Assembly: GCA_963716725.1 (NCBI GenBank)
Contig: CAVQUB010000032.1
Coordinates: 256,001-320,000, forward strand
Source: an uncultured delta proteobacterium
GTDB lineage: Bacteria > Myxococcota_A > Polyangia > Polyangiales > Polyangiaceae
DNA: 64,000 bases
Direction: 5' to 3'
Part shown: positions 37,044 through 46,518 of the stretch, piece by piece
Position numbering within the stretch: the stretch's first letter is position 1
How the letters are laid out: each line of letters opens with the position of its first letter
Position numbers and translations under genes: made by a program
Notes under the pieces: model-generated
The model's database searches: none
What the model saw: only the letters and a program-made list of their open reading frames with translations
What the model was told of the DNA's origin: nothing

Positions 37044-37381
37044 CAGGAGCGGCCCCAGCCGCCTCGGCCGCCGCCACCACCGCCGCCGAACGAACGTCCA
37101 CCACCACCACCACCGCCGCCGCCGCCCTTGGGACGACGCTCTTCGGCCTCGTTCACCTTGAGCGCGCGGCCGTCGAGGTCGGCGCCGTTTAGCTGCGCGA
37201 TGGCGCGCTGGGCCTCGTCAGCGGAACCCATGGTGACGAACCCGAAGCCGCGGGAGCGGCCGGTCTCGCGGTCGATGATCAGCTTGGCCTCGGTGACCGA
37301 GCCGATCTTCGCGAACGCGTCCAGGAGCACGTCCTCAGTGGTGTGAAATGCCAAGTTGCCTACGTACAATCGGTTACTCAT
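37043..37381 (-). CDS. RRM RNA-binding protein with Gly-rich tail
   Basis: RNP2 LYVGNL, RNP1 RGFGFVTM, C-terminal GGGG/RGG tail. Confidence 0.95.
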   Translation of the reverse strand: MSNRLYVGNLAFHTTEDVLLDAFAKIGSVTEAKLIIDRETGRSRGFGFVTMGSADEAQRAIAQLNGADLDGRALKVNEAEERRPKGGGGGGGGGGRSFGGGGGGGRGGWGRS

Positions 37382-37578
37382 TTGCTTGCTCTCTCGAATT
37401 GCGGTTCTTCTCTCGTGCGTGGTTAGCGCACCAACCAGCGAGCACCAGGAGAACCGCGCCCTGATGACGCTGGAGGCAGCAGTAGCTGCCACCACAGGAT
37501 CGCTGTCGGGGAGTCGACTTTCCGCGATCTCAGTGCGAGAGGCAGGCAGGCGGTACCGAAAACGCTGTGACGGGCGGG

Positions 37579-37607
37579 ACCGTAGCCCGCTTCCCTTCGG
37601 TGCGCAA
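37579..37607 (-). promoter_or_regulatory. Putative sigma70 promoter for the RRM gene (~190-nt leader)
   Basis: TTGCGC-N17-TACGGT on the minus strand. Confidence 0.5.
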
Positions 37608-37738
37608 CGAAACCCGCTCTTTTCGCGGGTTTGGCCCAGGTCAAGGGCCTTCCCCTCGTGAACTTCGGTTCGGAGCGGTCCGAGAACCGATGGCTACGAG
37701 CTCCCTGAATGGATGCGGGAACCTGGCGCGACCACCCT

Positions 37739-37753
37739 TGGCATGCTCTCTGC
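37739..37753 (+). promoter_or_regulatory. Putative sigma54 -24/-12 promoter
   Basis: TGGCATGCTCTCTGC (GG-N10-GC) ending 16 nt before ATG 37769. Confidence 0.6.
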
Positions 37754-37768
37754 TCAGCGAGGTGCGTC

Positions 37769-38566
37769 ATGATGAAGACTCCGTTTCTGTGCATCGCGAT
37801 CGGGCTCTGCTCGGCCTGCGGCAGCTCGGATGCCGCGACGTCCAGCGGCGCGGCGAATCTCAGCCTCACCATCGCGGGAGCGTACGAAACGTACCCGCAT
37901 CAGGACGGGCTTTCAGGACAGACGGCCGAGCGCGTCACGGCCGGCCTGCGGGGCCTCGAGCTGATCGATGACGCGGGCGGCATCTGGGTGCTCTTCGATG
38001 CCAGCCCCAGTAACCTGACTGCTGACTACAGCGCGAGCACGCCCACCCTCCTGGCGACGATCGAGCCCGCGGATGTGCGCCCTGGAAGGTACGTCAAGGC
38101 GCGCATGGTGCAGGACTGGTCTCGATTCGAGGTGGCCGCGACGCTGCACGAAGCCGGAACGGCCGCCGCAGGCACGTTGCGCGTGCTCCAAGCCACCAGC
38201 GAGGGCGCCGTGGTCGAGGGCAAGAGTCTGGAGCAAGGACACTACGAGCACGCGTTCTCGGGCAGCGGCGTCGAGCGCAGCTACGACGGAGTATTGCCCG
38301 TGCCCGAGCACTCCGCGACGGCGGAGGCAGAGGCGTTCGACGAGCAGGGCGTGTGGGCGGTTTACTTTCCGGTAGCCATCGAGGTTCCCGCTGGGGCGAA
38401 AGGCGAGCTCGCGATCCGCGTCAGCCTGGATCGCGCCTTCCGCTGGTCCGAGCTCGGGAGTGCGGGCTTCACCTCGGGCGCTTACGACCTCGCGCCGCCA
38501 ATTTACGAACCGGTCGAGCAATTCGGCGGCAACCGCTTCAGCGCGGCGCTGAGCCTCACACGCTGA
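37769..38566 (+). CDS. Hypothetical lipoprotein
   Basis: GAGGT RBS, lipobox CSAC, beta-rich body. Confidence 0.7.
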   Translation: MMKTPFLCIAIGLCSACGSSDAATSSGAANLSLTIAGAYETYPHQDGLSGQTAERVTAGLRGLELIDDAGGIWVLFDASPSNLTADYSASTPTLLATIEPADVRPGRYVKARMVQDWSRFEVAATLHEAGTAAAGTLRVLQATSEGAVVEGKSLEQGHYEHAFSGSGVERSYDGVLPVPEHSATAEAEAFDEQGVWAVYFPVAIEVPAGAKGELAIRVSLDRAFRWSELGSAGFTSGAYDLAPPIYEPVEQFGGNRFSAALSLTR

Positions 38567-40184
38567 TGGCGTCTTTGCGGAAGTCGCTCGAGGCGATCTT
38601 CACGTTCACGCAGGCGGGCACGCCGGCGGCGAAGGCGGCGTCGAGGGCGGGACCCAGATCCGCCGTGCGCTCCACCCAGAAGCCCTTGCCGCCCAGCGCC
38701 TCCACGACCTGGTCGTAGCGCGTGTAGTCGAGCTTGGTCGCCACGGCTCGATCTTCGCCGTACATGGCCACTTGGCCGCGCCGGATCTGAGTCCAGCTGG
38801 CGTCGTTGCCGATGACCGCCACTACCGGCAGCTTCTGCCGGGCCATGGCCTCGAACTCCATGCCGTTGAGGCCGAAGGAGCCGTCGCCGTACATGATCAC
38901 GGTGCGGGAGTCGGGGCGCGCCAGCGCCGCGGCCATGGCATAGCCCGGGCCGATCCCGAGGGTGCCCAGCGGTCCCGGGTCCATCCAAAGCTGGGGCCAC
39001 TCGAGCGGGATCACGTAGGCGGCCGTGGCGACGAAGTCGCCGCCGTCGCCGATCACGACGTCGCTCTTGCCCAGACGCTTGCCGACTTCGTGGCAGACGC
39101 GGAGCGGGTTCGGCGGATCGGCGTCGCTCTCGATCTCAGCCTTCATCTTGCCGCGGCGCTTGTCCTCGGCGGCCCGCAGAGCCGTCAGCCAGGTCGTTGC
39201 GTCCTTCTGGCCGACCGCGTCGAGGAGCTGCTTGAGCACCAGCCCGCTGTCACCGTGAATGCCGACGTCGATGGCGCGGTTCTTTCCGAGCTCGGCGCCA
39301 TCCAGATCGATTTGGACGACCTTGGCGTTTGGGTTCCAGGTTCCCGGACGGCCGTAGTCCATGCGGAAATCGAAGGGGGTGCCGAACACGAAGATGACGT
39401 CGCTCTCGGCCAGCGCTTGCCTGCGCGAGCGCGTGAACGAGCACTCGTGGGCGAAGGGCAGACCTCCCCGCGCCATTCCGTTGAGGAAGAAGGGAGCGCG
39501 TACCTTATCCGCGAAGCGCCTGACGATTTCGCGATCTTCGGACCAGCGCAGTTGCGCGCCGATCACGAAGCTCGGTCGCTCTGCCTGCTTCAACAAAGCC
39601 GCTGCGCGTTCGATGCTCGCGGGGTCGCCGCTGGGACGAGCGGGAGGCATCGGCGCCGTGAGCGGGTCCTCGTCCTCGTGCCAATTCATCAGCAGATCGA
39701 GGGGCATCTCGAGGTACACGGGTCCCGGCAAGTTCGATTGCGCGATGCGGAACGCGCTGTCGATGTACTCCTTCACTCGGCGGATCTCGGGGACCTGCAC
39801 GCTCCACTTGGAGACCGGTCGCATCAGCGTGACCGAGTCCATGTCTTGAAGTGAGCCCATGTCAGCGAGCGCTTTCGGTCCCGCGCCGCCGATGCAGAGC
39901 ATGGGCACGCCCGCGCGCTGCGCGTTGGCCACCGCCGTCACCACGTCGGTGATGCCCGGCCCGGCCGTGACCAGGCACACCCCCGGCTTGCCGGTCACAC
40001 GCGCGTAACCGTCGGCGCAGTGGCCGGCCGTCTGCTCGTGACGGGTATCCACCACGCGGATCCCTTCGTCGAGGCAGCCGTCGTAGATGGCTTGGATGTG
40101 CCCGCCGCAGAGCGTGAAGACGTGATCGATGCCGTGCCGCTTGAGCGCCTGGGCGACGAGGCGCCCGCCGTGGACCATGGTCAT
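38556..40184 (-). CDS. TPP-dependent enzyme, acetolactate synthase-like / 2-hydroxyacyl-CoA lyase family
   Basis: FTLCGGHI, RHEQ, TAGPG, DGGDF, GTLGIGPG, GDGSFG...GND TPP motif. Confidence 0.88.
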   Translation of the reverse strand: MTMVHGGRLVAQALKRHGIDHVFTLCGGHIQAIYDGCLDEGIRVVDTRHEQTAGHCADGYARVTGKPGVCLVTAGPGITDVVTAVANAQRAGVPMLCIGGAGPKALADMGSLQDMDSVTLMRPVSKWSVQVPEIRRVKEYIDSAFRIAQSNLPGPVYLEMPLDLLMNWHEDEDPLTAPMPPARPSGDPASIERAAALLKQAERPSFVIGAQLRWSEDREIVRRFADKVRAPFFLNGMARGGLPFAHECSFTRSRRQALAESDVIFVFGTPFDFRMDYGRPGTWNPNAKVVQIDLDGAELGKNRAIDVGIHGDSGLVLKQLLDAVGQKDATTWLTALRAAEDKRRGKMKAEIESDADPPNPLRVCHEVGKRLGKSDVVIGDGGDFVATAAYVIPLEWPQLWMDPGPLGTLGIGPGYAMAAALARPDSRTVIMYGDGSFGLNGMEFEAMARQKLPVVAVIGNDASWTQIRRGQVAMYGEDRAVATKLDYTRYDQVVEALGGKGFWVERTADLGPALDAAFAAGVPACVNVKIASSDFRKDAISV

Positions 40185-40249
40185 GCGTCTGAGCTACAAC
40201 GCCGCGGCGCTGCCGTCATGCGCTTGGACCGGGCCCCGGGAAAATGGCC

Positions 40250-42154
40250 TCAGTGCACGGCGCCGACGAGCCACGCAAAGGCGGGCACGAGGACTTCTTC
40301 CGGCGAGGCGCCGCCGGATCGCCCGGCGCTGGTTCCGCCGCCGACCTGGTCGAGGGAAAAGCCGTGGTCGCCGAAGACCAGGGCGAGCGTGCGCGGGGGC
40401 AGGCGCAGGAGGTGGCCCGCGAGGGCTTCTGCGGCCTCGTCGGCGAGGTCGTCGAGGCGCTCGGCGAGGGGCCCGCCGGGCACGCTCATCGCGCTCTCGA
40501 TGAGATCGAGTTTGAGCACTTCGCGGTGACCGGCGCGGATTCGTCGCAGCGTCGCGGCGGCGCGCCCCCGAGCGACGGGGATCTCGCTGTCGGTCTGCTC
40601 CGTGACCTCCTTGAGACCCTGGGGCCCGCGCCCGATCAACTCCAACTGCATCGCGGTAGTCGTCGGCAGCGCTGACCAGAGCAGCAGGCGTTCGGTCAGC
40701 GCCGCGCGCTGTCCGAGCAGGGGTCGGAGGCGCTCGTTCACCCGCAGGCCCAGATCGAAGCGCATGCCGTCCACCAGGATGAGCTGAGCCGAACGTGCGC
40801 CGTGCAGGCGCCCGATGCGCATCGCCAGATCGGGGATGTCGAGCACCATGGTCGGCCGCTTGCCGCGCAGTCGAAGCGCGTCGAAGGCCTCGCTGTAGCT
40901 CCGCGCGAAGCTCTTGGCCCATGCGTCTGCGATGGGCTCTGCCTCCGCACCTGCCAGGCCGCGCGCCAGCGCGTCGGTGAGCGGAACGTAGGCGGACACG
41001 AAGGTCCGCTCGACGACCGCAAGCGGCTTCGGTCCGCGCGTGCTCTCGAGTTCTTGCACCCACCGGCGCCACTCGACGGCGGCGTTGGGATCGAGGGGGG
41101 GGCGGCTCTTCTTGGGCGGAGGTTCGAGGGTCTCGGCTTCGCGGAGCAAGGCGACGGCTGCGGGTTCCGGAGACGGGGAGTGGTGGCTGGGTGAGGGCGA
41201 CTCTGCCGAGGGCTGTGCGCTGGTCACCTCGGGAGTCGGCGGCGAGCAGAAGTCCTCCACGGACGGAGGCGTCATCGACACAACTTCGCCGGACGGAGTC
41301 TCAATCTCGAAGTCCGATGCGTCGACCCGCTCGGAGGCGGGCAGGGTCGGTCTCGGTGGGCCCGGGTCGAAGGCATCGGGGCCGTCGGCGGTGACCGCCG
41401 GAACGCCCTCCGACGGCGTGGTCTCATCGGCGAAGATCGCCGCCATGGCCTGCATCAGGGCCTCAGCGTCGTTCACTGGCTCGCAGGTGACCGGGGTGGG
41501 CGAGGGCGTCAGTTCGTCGTCGTCGTCGTTTACCACGATGCGGCGGGCGACCTCGGCGACGGCGGGTGGGACCTCGGAGAGGTCCATGGTCTCTGCGCTG
41601 TAACGGACCTCGGGTGCCGCGTTGGGGGAGCCGTGCGCTCTGTTGCTGCTATCGGCCGTTCGGCTCGAGAGCAACGACGCCATCGCGACCGGCTCCCCGT
41701 AGACGCCGACCGCTCGGTCGCTCGTCGCGAGGTACAGGTGCACCGGGCGTTCGCGGGTCGCGGCGAGCCACCACCGAAGCACGGCGCTGTCCTCGGCGTC
41801 GATCGCGCCCGCCAGATTGGCGATGCCTTCGAGGGTGTAGAGCGAAATGGCGAGCCCTGAGCTCCCGACCAGGCGAGCGCGATAGAGCTGGTCGCTGAGC
41901 GAAGCGTCCAGATCGCTGGATGCGCCCACTCCCGGCGGCGGCGCTCCGCGGCTCTCGAGCTGCTCTTCGACCGCGGACTCGATCAGCAGGGCGAGCCGGC
42001 CTCTCAGGGCCGGGCGGGGCGGTTCGACGGGCACCAGCAAGAGTCCGGTGCGGGTCGCCATCGCCTCCAGCTCGGCGCGCTCGGCGCTCTCCACGAAACG
42101 CACGTCGCCGCACATGCCCGACGGCTGGTCACTGGTCGAGGTCGCCCATGTCAT
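40250..42154 (-). CDS. Hypothetical protein with C-terminal PglZ-like (alkaline phosphatase superfamily) domain
   Basis: LILVDGMRFDLG, SALPTTT, VFGDHGF, GGASPEEVLVP; long Pro/acidic linker in the middle. Confidence 0.7.
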   Translation of the reverse strand: MTWATSTSDQPSGMCGDVRFVESAERAELEAMATRTGLLLVPVEPPRPALRGRLALLIESAVEEQLESRGAPPPGVGASSDLDASLSDQLYRARLVGSSGLAISLYTLEGIANLAGAIDAEDSAVLRWWLAATRERPVHLYLATSDRAVGVYGEPVAMASLLSSRTADSSNRAHGSPNAAPEVRYSAETMDLSEVPPAVAEVARRIVVNDDDDELTPSPTPVTCEPVNDAEALMQAMAAIFADETTPSEGVPAVTADGPDAFDPGPPRPTLPASERVDASDFEIETPSGEVVSMTPPSVEDFCSPPTPEVTSAQPSAESPSPSHHSPSPEPAAVALLREAETLEPPPKKSRPPLDPNAAVEWRRWVQELESTRGPKPLAVVERTFVSAYVPLTDALARGLAGAEAEPIADAWAKSFARSYSEAFDALRLRGKRPTMVLDIPDLAMRIGRLHGARSAQLILVDGMRFDLGLRVNERLRPLLGQRAALTERLLLWSALPTTTAMQLELIGRGPQGLKEVTEQTDSEIPVARGRAAATLRRIRAGHREVLKLDLIESAMSVPGGPLAERLDDLADEAAEALAGHLLRLPPRTLALVFGDHGFSLDQVGGGTSAGRSGGASPEEVLVPAFAWLVGAVH

Positions 42155-42285
42155 GCGGGCAGGGATGACCCAGGTGCGCTCATTGGGCCCAGTTTCCGGC
42201 GCGCACCCTACCGGGCGTGCCGGATGTCAAGGGCCAAGCGGGAAGAAAAACCCAAATTTCCTGCACAAAACTGCCCGCGGTGCGG

Positions 42286-42314
42286 TTGACGAAGGGGGTC
42301 GCCGTAAATAACCT
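42286..42314 (+). promoter_or_regulatory. sigma70 promoter of the ncRNA
   Basis: TTGACG-N17-TAACCT, predicting a start at about 42321; A/T-rich tract upstream. Confidence 0.75.
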
Positions 42315-42320
42315 GGGAGT

Positions 42321-42519
42321 GGTTCCCTCTGCGGAGCAGGCGAGGAGCGCAGTAACGAACTCCTGACAAGCATAACGAACCCGGGACGCAATTTCGCGGG
42401 TGGAGTGCAGGCCCGGGCTTTCTCACCGGGAAGCCGGAAGCCCCGACGAGCGTCCCACCTAGCAGTGCTAGGGGTTCGGGCTACGCAACCAATCTCACGG
42501 CTCTGGCGGTAAGGAACCC
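42321..42519 (+). ncRNA. ssrS: 6S RNA
   Basis: ~200 nt; ends pair (GGTTCC...GGAGC / GCTCT...GGAACC), A-rich central bubble, inner GGGACGC/GCGTCCC stem, and GAAGCC...CACCT...GGGTTC motifs resembling proteobacterial 6S; has its own promoter and terminator. Confidence 0.8.
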
Positions 42520-42521
42520 AT

Positions 42522-42557
42522 GAACGGGCTGGCTGAAAAGTCGGCCCGTTCGCCTTT
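42522..42557 (+). terminator. Intrinsic terminator-like hairpin after 6S RNA
   Basis: GAACGGGCTGGCT-GAAA-AGTCGGCCCGTTC followed by GCCTTT. Confidence 0.7.
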
Positions 42558-42601
42558 GCGGGCCTTCCGTCCCGTCGGGGGCTGAACTAGCGTCGGCCCC
42601 G

Positions 42602-43369
42602 ATGTTTTCCACGGTTGGGCGGGTCGCCCTGCTCCTCGGGGTCGGTCTCGCGGTCGTCGGCTACGCCCCGGTCGCGCGGGCCGCCAAGGTAAAAGGCAAG
42701 ATCACGGGTTTCCGCTCCCTCCTGAACCCGGTTTGGGAAGAGGCGCGCGATCCCAAGAAGCGCGGCTACTCGTTCCGCGAAATCGTTCCGACGGTGCGTC
42801 CCGAGTTCCGCCACCTCTTTCCGCACATCCCGAAAGAGATCTGCGTCGTCGCCCTCGCCGAGGGCAAGCAGACGCCGCAGAAGACGGCGATCCTGATCAG
42901 GGTAGGCGGGGGTCGGACGACTCCGGTGACGATCGTCGTTCCTCCGGGCCAACAGCTCCAGTTCCACAACACGGATCCTTTCAAGCACCGCCTCTTCGGC
43001 GTGAACGTCTCGACCTTCCAGCCCGGCGATACCATCAAGGGAGCACGCCGCGATTGGACCGCGTCTCAGGCTGGCTCCTTCGAAATCCGTGACGAGGCCG
43101 CCCCGAGCCTGCGCATGTGGGTCATCGCGGAGCCCAACGTTGCTGGTATCGCCTACCCGAATCTCAAAGGAGAATTCGCCATCAACGTTCCAGCCGAGGG
43201 CACCTACACGATCCAGGCCTACTTCGCCGGAAAGAAGGTCGGGCCCGGACTTCCCGTCGAGCTCAAGGCCGGCGACGTCGAGCTCAAGGTGCCGCTCAAG
43301 GTCGCCGAAGAGAAAAAGCCAGAGAAGAAGGCCGACGACAAGGACAAGGAAAAGGACAAAGGCAACTGA
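42602..43369 (+). CDS. Secreted protein, cupredoxin/carboxypeptidase-regulatory-like beta domains
   Basis: Signal peptide ending ARA; VVPPGQQLQFHNTDPFKH; GEFAINVPAEGTYTIQAY. Confidence 0.7.
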   Translation: MFSTVGRVALLLGVGLAVVGYAPVARAAKVKGKITGFRSLLNPVWEEARDPKKRGYSFREIVPTVRPEFRHLFPHIPKEICVVALAEGKQTPQKTAILIRVGGGRTTPVTIVVPPGQQLQFHNTDPFKHRLFGVNVSTFQPGDTIKGARRDWTASQAGSFEIRDEAAPSLRMWVIAEPNVAGIAYPNLKGEFAINVPAEGTYTIQAYFAGKKVGPGLPVELKAGDVELKVPLKVAEEKKPEKKADDKDKEKDKGN

Positions 43370-44988
43370 TGCTGCTGTCTCGATTCTGGTACGTGGTTCT
43401 TGGACTGCTGCTCGGCGTCGCCGCCTTCGTGCTGTTCTTGGCAGCCGGCATGTACAACCGTGTCGGTTCGCGGGCGATGGGTGAGGCGCTCTCTTCCGAT
43501 GCGCAGGTTGTCTCCTGGTACCTCGGTAACGACGCTCGCCAGCGCTCGGCGCAGCTGATCGCCTTCTCGCTCGACCCCGACGTCGGCAAGATGCTTCAGA
43601 AGTCCAGCGATTCGGACGCGAAGGTCCCGGATGAAGCTCGCGAGAAGGTGGGCGCTGCGCTGCGCAAGGTCAACGCCAACATCCCCGCCGAGTTCGCCTT
43701 CGACTCGGTGTTCGCCGTGGACCAGCACGGGCGAGTGGTGGCCCACATCGGCTACGAGCAGGCGGCCGGTATGGAGGACTTCGAGCTCGGTGGCTATCCG
43801 GTGGTGGCCGACGCGCTCCACGGGTTCATCCGCGACGACACTCTGGTGCTCGACCGCATCTACCGAGTCGTGACGCGCCCCGTGGAGGTCGAGGCCGGCG
43901 CGATGCCCGCCGGAGCCATCATGGGCGCCCGGATCATCGACGACAAGTTCGCGCGCGAGCTGTCCAGTCGCACGGGCGCGGCGGTAGCGTTTTACACTCG
44001 AGGCCAGCGCGTCGCGGCGGGAGCACCCGAGGACTTCGACAAGGCTCTGCTCGATCAAATCGTGAGCGACCTCGGCAACGTCGACAGCGACCCCGACTAC
44101 AACGAAAAAGGGCGCAGCGGGATCCGAACCCTCGGAGGCATGGGGCTCGGCGTGCAGTACACGCGCCTGCCGGGTGAAGCGTGGGAGCTGGGCGCGGGCT
44201 ACGCTGTGGGCCGGCTGCCGGCGCGCGTGAACGGCCCGCTGGGCTTCTTCAAGCAGGCGGACGACAAAGACAAGCGGGGCGTGCCCGTGCCGCTGGTCGC
44301 CGGAATCGTGGTCGGGGCCATGCTGCTCGGCCTGCTCTTTTCGATCTTCGAGCACTCGCGCCCGCTGGCCATCTTCAGAGGCGAGGCCACGCGGCTCGCG
44401 AAGGGCGAGGTCGATCAGCTGGCGCCGAGCAAGTTCCGGGGCGCGTATCGTAAGATCGCTTCGGATCTGAACGACGGGATCGACAAGGTTGCGGCCAAGG
44501 GCGGCGTGCCGCGCCGCGCCGCAGATCTCACGCAAGTGCTCGGCGATCTGCCCGCCGAACCCCAGATGAGCGCCTTCTCGTTCCCCGGGGACGCGATGCC
44601 ATCGGGCGTCGGAGCTGCCCCGGCGAGCTACGACGCGACCCTGCCGTCGGCGCCGTCGCAGCCTCGACTCCCAAAGCCGCCGCCGCGCGGGGGCGGGGCT
44701 CCACCGCCGCCGCGCCCTCAAGCCTCGGCACCCACGGCGAGCGCGGAAGCCGCGCCATCGTCGGGAGAGAGCGAAGCGGCCGCTTGGCTCGCGGTCTACG
44801 AGGAGTTCGTCGCGCTCAAGAAGCAGTGCGGCGAGAACATCGAAGGCTTCACCTACGAGAAGTTCGAGCAGACGCTGAAGAAGAACCGTGACGCTCTAGT
44901 GCAGCGTCACGGCGCATCGAAGGTGAAGTTCAGCGTCTACGTCAAAGACGGAAAGGCTGCCCTCAAGGCCAGCCCGATCAAGGCATGA
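43369..44988 (+). CDS. MXAN_5187-family membrane protein
   Basis: Two TM helices around a periplasmic domain, Pro-rich linker, C-terminal YEEFVALKKQCGE...YEKF...L...VKFSVYVKDGKAALKA. Confidence 0.8.
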   Translation: MLLSRFWYVVLGLLLGVAAFVLFLAAGMYNRVGSRAMGEALSSDAQVVSWYLGNDARQRSAQLIAFSLDPDVGKMLQKSSDSDAKVPDEAREKVGAALRKVNANIPAEFAFDSVFAVDQHGRVVAHIGYEQAAGMEDFELGGYPVVADALHGFIRDDTLVLDRIYRVVTRPVEVEAGAMPAGAIMGARIIDDKFARELSSRTGAAVAFYTRGQRVAAGAPEDFDKALLDQIVSDLGNVDSDPDYNEKGRSGIRTLGGMGLGVQYTRLPGEAWELGAGYAVGRLPARVNGPLGFFKQADDKDKRGVPVPLVAGIVVGAMLLGLLFSIFEHSRPLAIFRGEATRLAKGEVDQLAPSKFRGAYRKIASDLNDGIDKVAAKGGVPRRAADLTQVLGDLPAEPQMSAFSFPGDAMPSGVGAAPASYDATLPSAPSQPRLPKPPPRGGGAPPPPRPQASAPTASAEAAPSSGESEAAAWLAVYEEFVALKKQCGENIEGFTYEKFEQTLKKNRDALVQRHGASKVKFSVYVKDGKAALKASPIKA

Positions 44989-46510
44989 GCAAGTCGCGCT
45001 CGGTGGCCGTGGCCGGCGCGCTTTGCGTCATCGGCGTGAGTCAGGCAGCGCACGCCACCGACGTCCAAGACTTCCCGGACATCGGCACCGAACCACTGGG
45101 ACGCGGCGGCGCCTGGGTAGCGCGCGCGACGAATCCGCTCGCGACCTTTCAGAATCCCGCGGGGTTGGCGGGGCAGAAATCGGGCGTGCTCGCCAACGTG
45201 CACCTGGTCTTCAACAAGGTGTGCTTTCTGCGGCAAGGCGCCGGCCAAAAGCTCGCGCTTCCGCCGGACGGCATCGACTACCCCGAGGTCTGCAACGAAA
45301 ACAAGGGCAGCCCCACCCCGCTGCCGGCGGTTGCCGGGGTGTACCGTGCGAGCGATCGCCTGGGCATCGGCCTGTCGGTGGCGCCGCCAAACATGTACGG
45401 ATTGCTGCGCTTCCCCGAGACCATCGAGATCGAGAACAGCTTCGGAGTGACGCAGTCGGTGCCGTCTCCGCAGCGTTACATGCTGCTCGAGCAAGACGGC
45501 TTGGCGCTCAATACGACGCTGGGAGCTGGCTTCGAACCCGCGAAAGGCCTGCGGGTCGGAGCAGGTTTTGTGTGGGGTTTCGCCAAGTACCGACTCGCCA
45601 ACGCAAACATGAGCCTGTCTCCCACGGCTCAGCCTGACGGGAGCTTTCGCGATCCCGTGACCGCGGACGTACGGGCCGAGCTGAAGGTCGCTGACTGGTT
45701 CATCCCGGGAGCGACCTTCGGCATACTCTATTCTCCGGCGAGCAACTTCGACGTCGGGCTGAACGTCATCATGCAGGACGCCTTCGACGCCCAGGGCGAC
45801 CTGAGCATGAAGGCGAACTACTGGACCAACAACGGCACGTCGGACAGCCCCGACCTGAGCGACTCCGGAGACATCCAGAAGGGGCTCGGTCGCTTTCGAG
45901 TCCCCAATCCCCTCGAGGCTCGCATCGGGGCGCGCTTTCACCTGCCTCGCAAGCCGGGCAAGCCCCAGTCCGGCGTTCGAATCCCTTGGTGGACGACGTC
46001 TTCGACCTCGAGCTCGACGTCTCGTACACGCGCAACAGCGCCTACGAACGGGCCGAGCTGCGCTTTCCCGAGTCGCCCGCGGTGCCGGTGAAAGGCACCC
46101 CCGGGAGCGTGCCACAGAACAACGACATCGATTTCAAGGTGAAGCGTGACAGCGTTGGAGTCCGAGTCGGCGGCGACTACGTGGTCTTGCCTTCCCAGCT
46201 CTCGGCCCGCGCCGGCGGCTTCTGGGAGCCCAACGTGCAGAACGACGAATACGCGAACGTCTCCTTCCTGGCGAGCCAGCGCATCGGAGTCTCGTTGGGC
46301 GCGACCTATCGCTTGTCGATGATCGACATCGAGGCGGCGTACATGCACGTCTTCGTCAGCGAGATCGACAACGGCGACAGCGGCAAGCTCTTGGTCGTGA
46401 GCGGAGACGCCAGCGCGTCGCCTCCCTTCCGTTCGCCCTACGCCATCAACAGCGGGCGGTTTCGGCAGAGCGTGAATGTCGTTTCGGTGGGCGCGACGGC
46501 CCGATTCTGA
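44985..46510 (+). CDS. FadL/TodX-like outer-membrane transporter (frameshift near 45987)
   Basis: Signal peptide, LGRGGAWVARA..P.A.F.NPAGL hatch motif, amphipathic strands, C-terminal Phe. Confidence 0.8.
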
Positions 46511-46518
46511 ACGCAGTC

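Noticed and set aside
40250..40800. BREX/Pgl defence system
   Set aside because: Only a lone PglZ-like domain; no brxC, pglX or brxL nearby.
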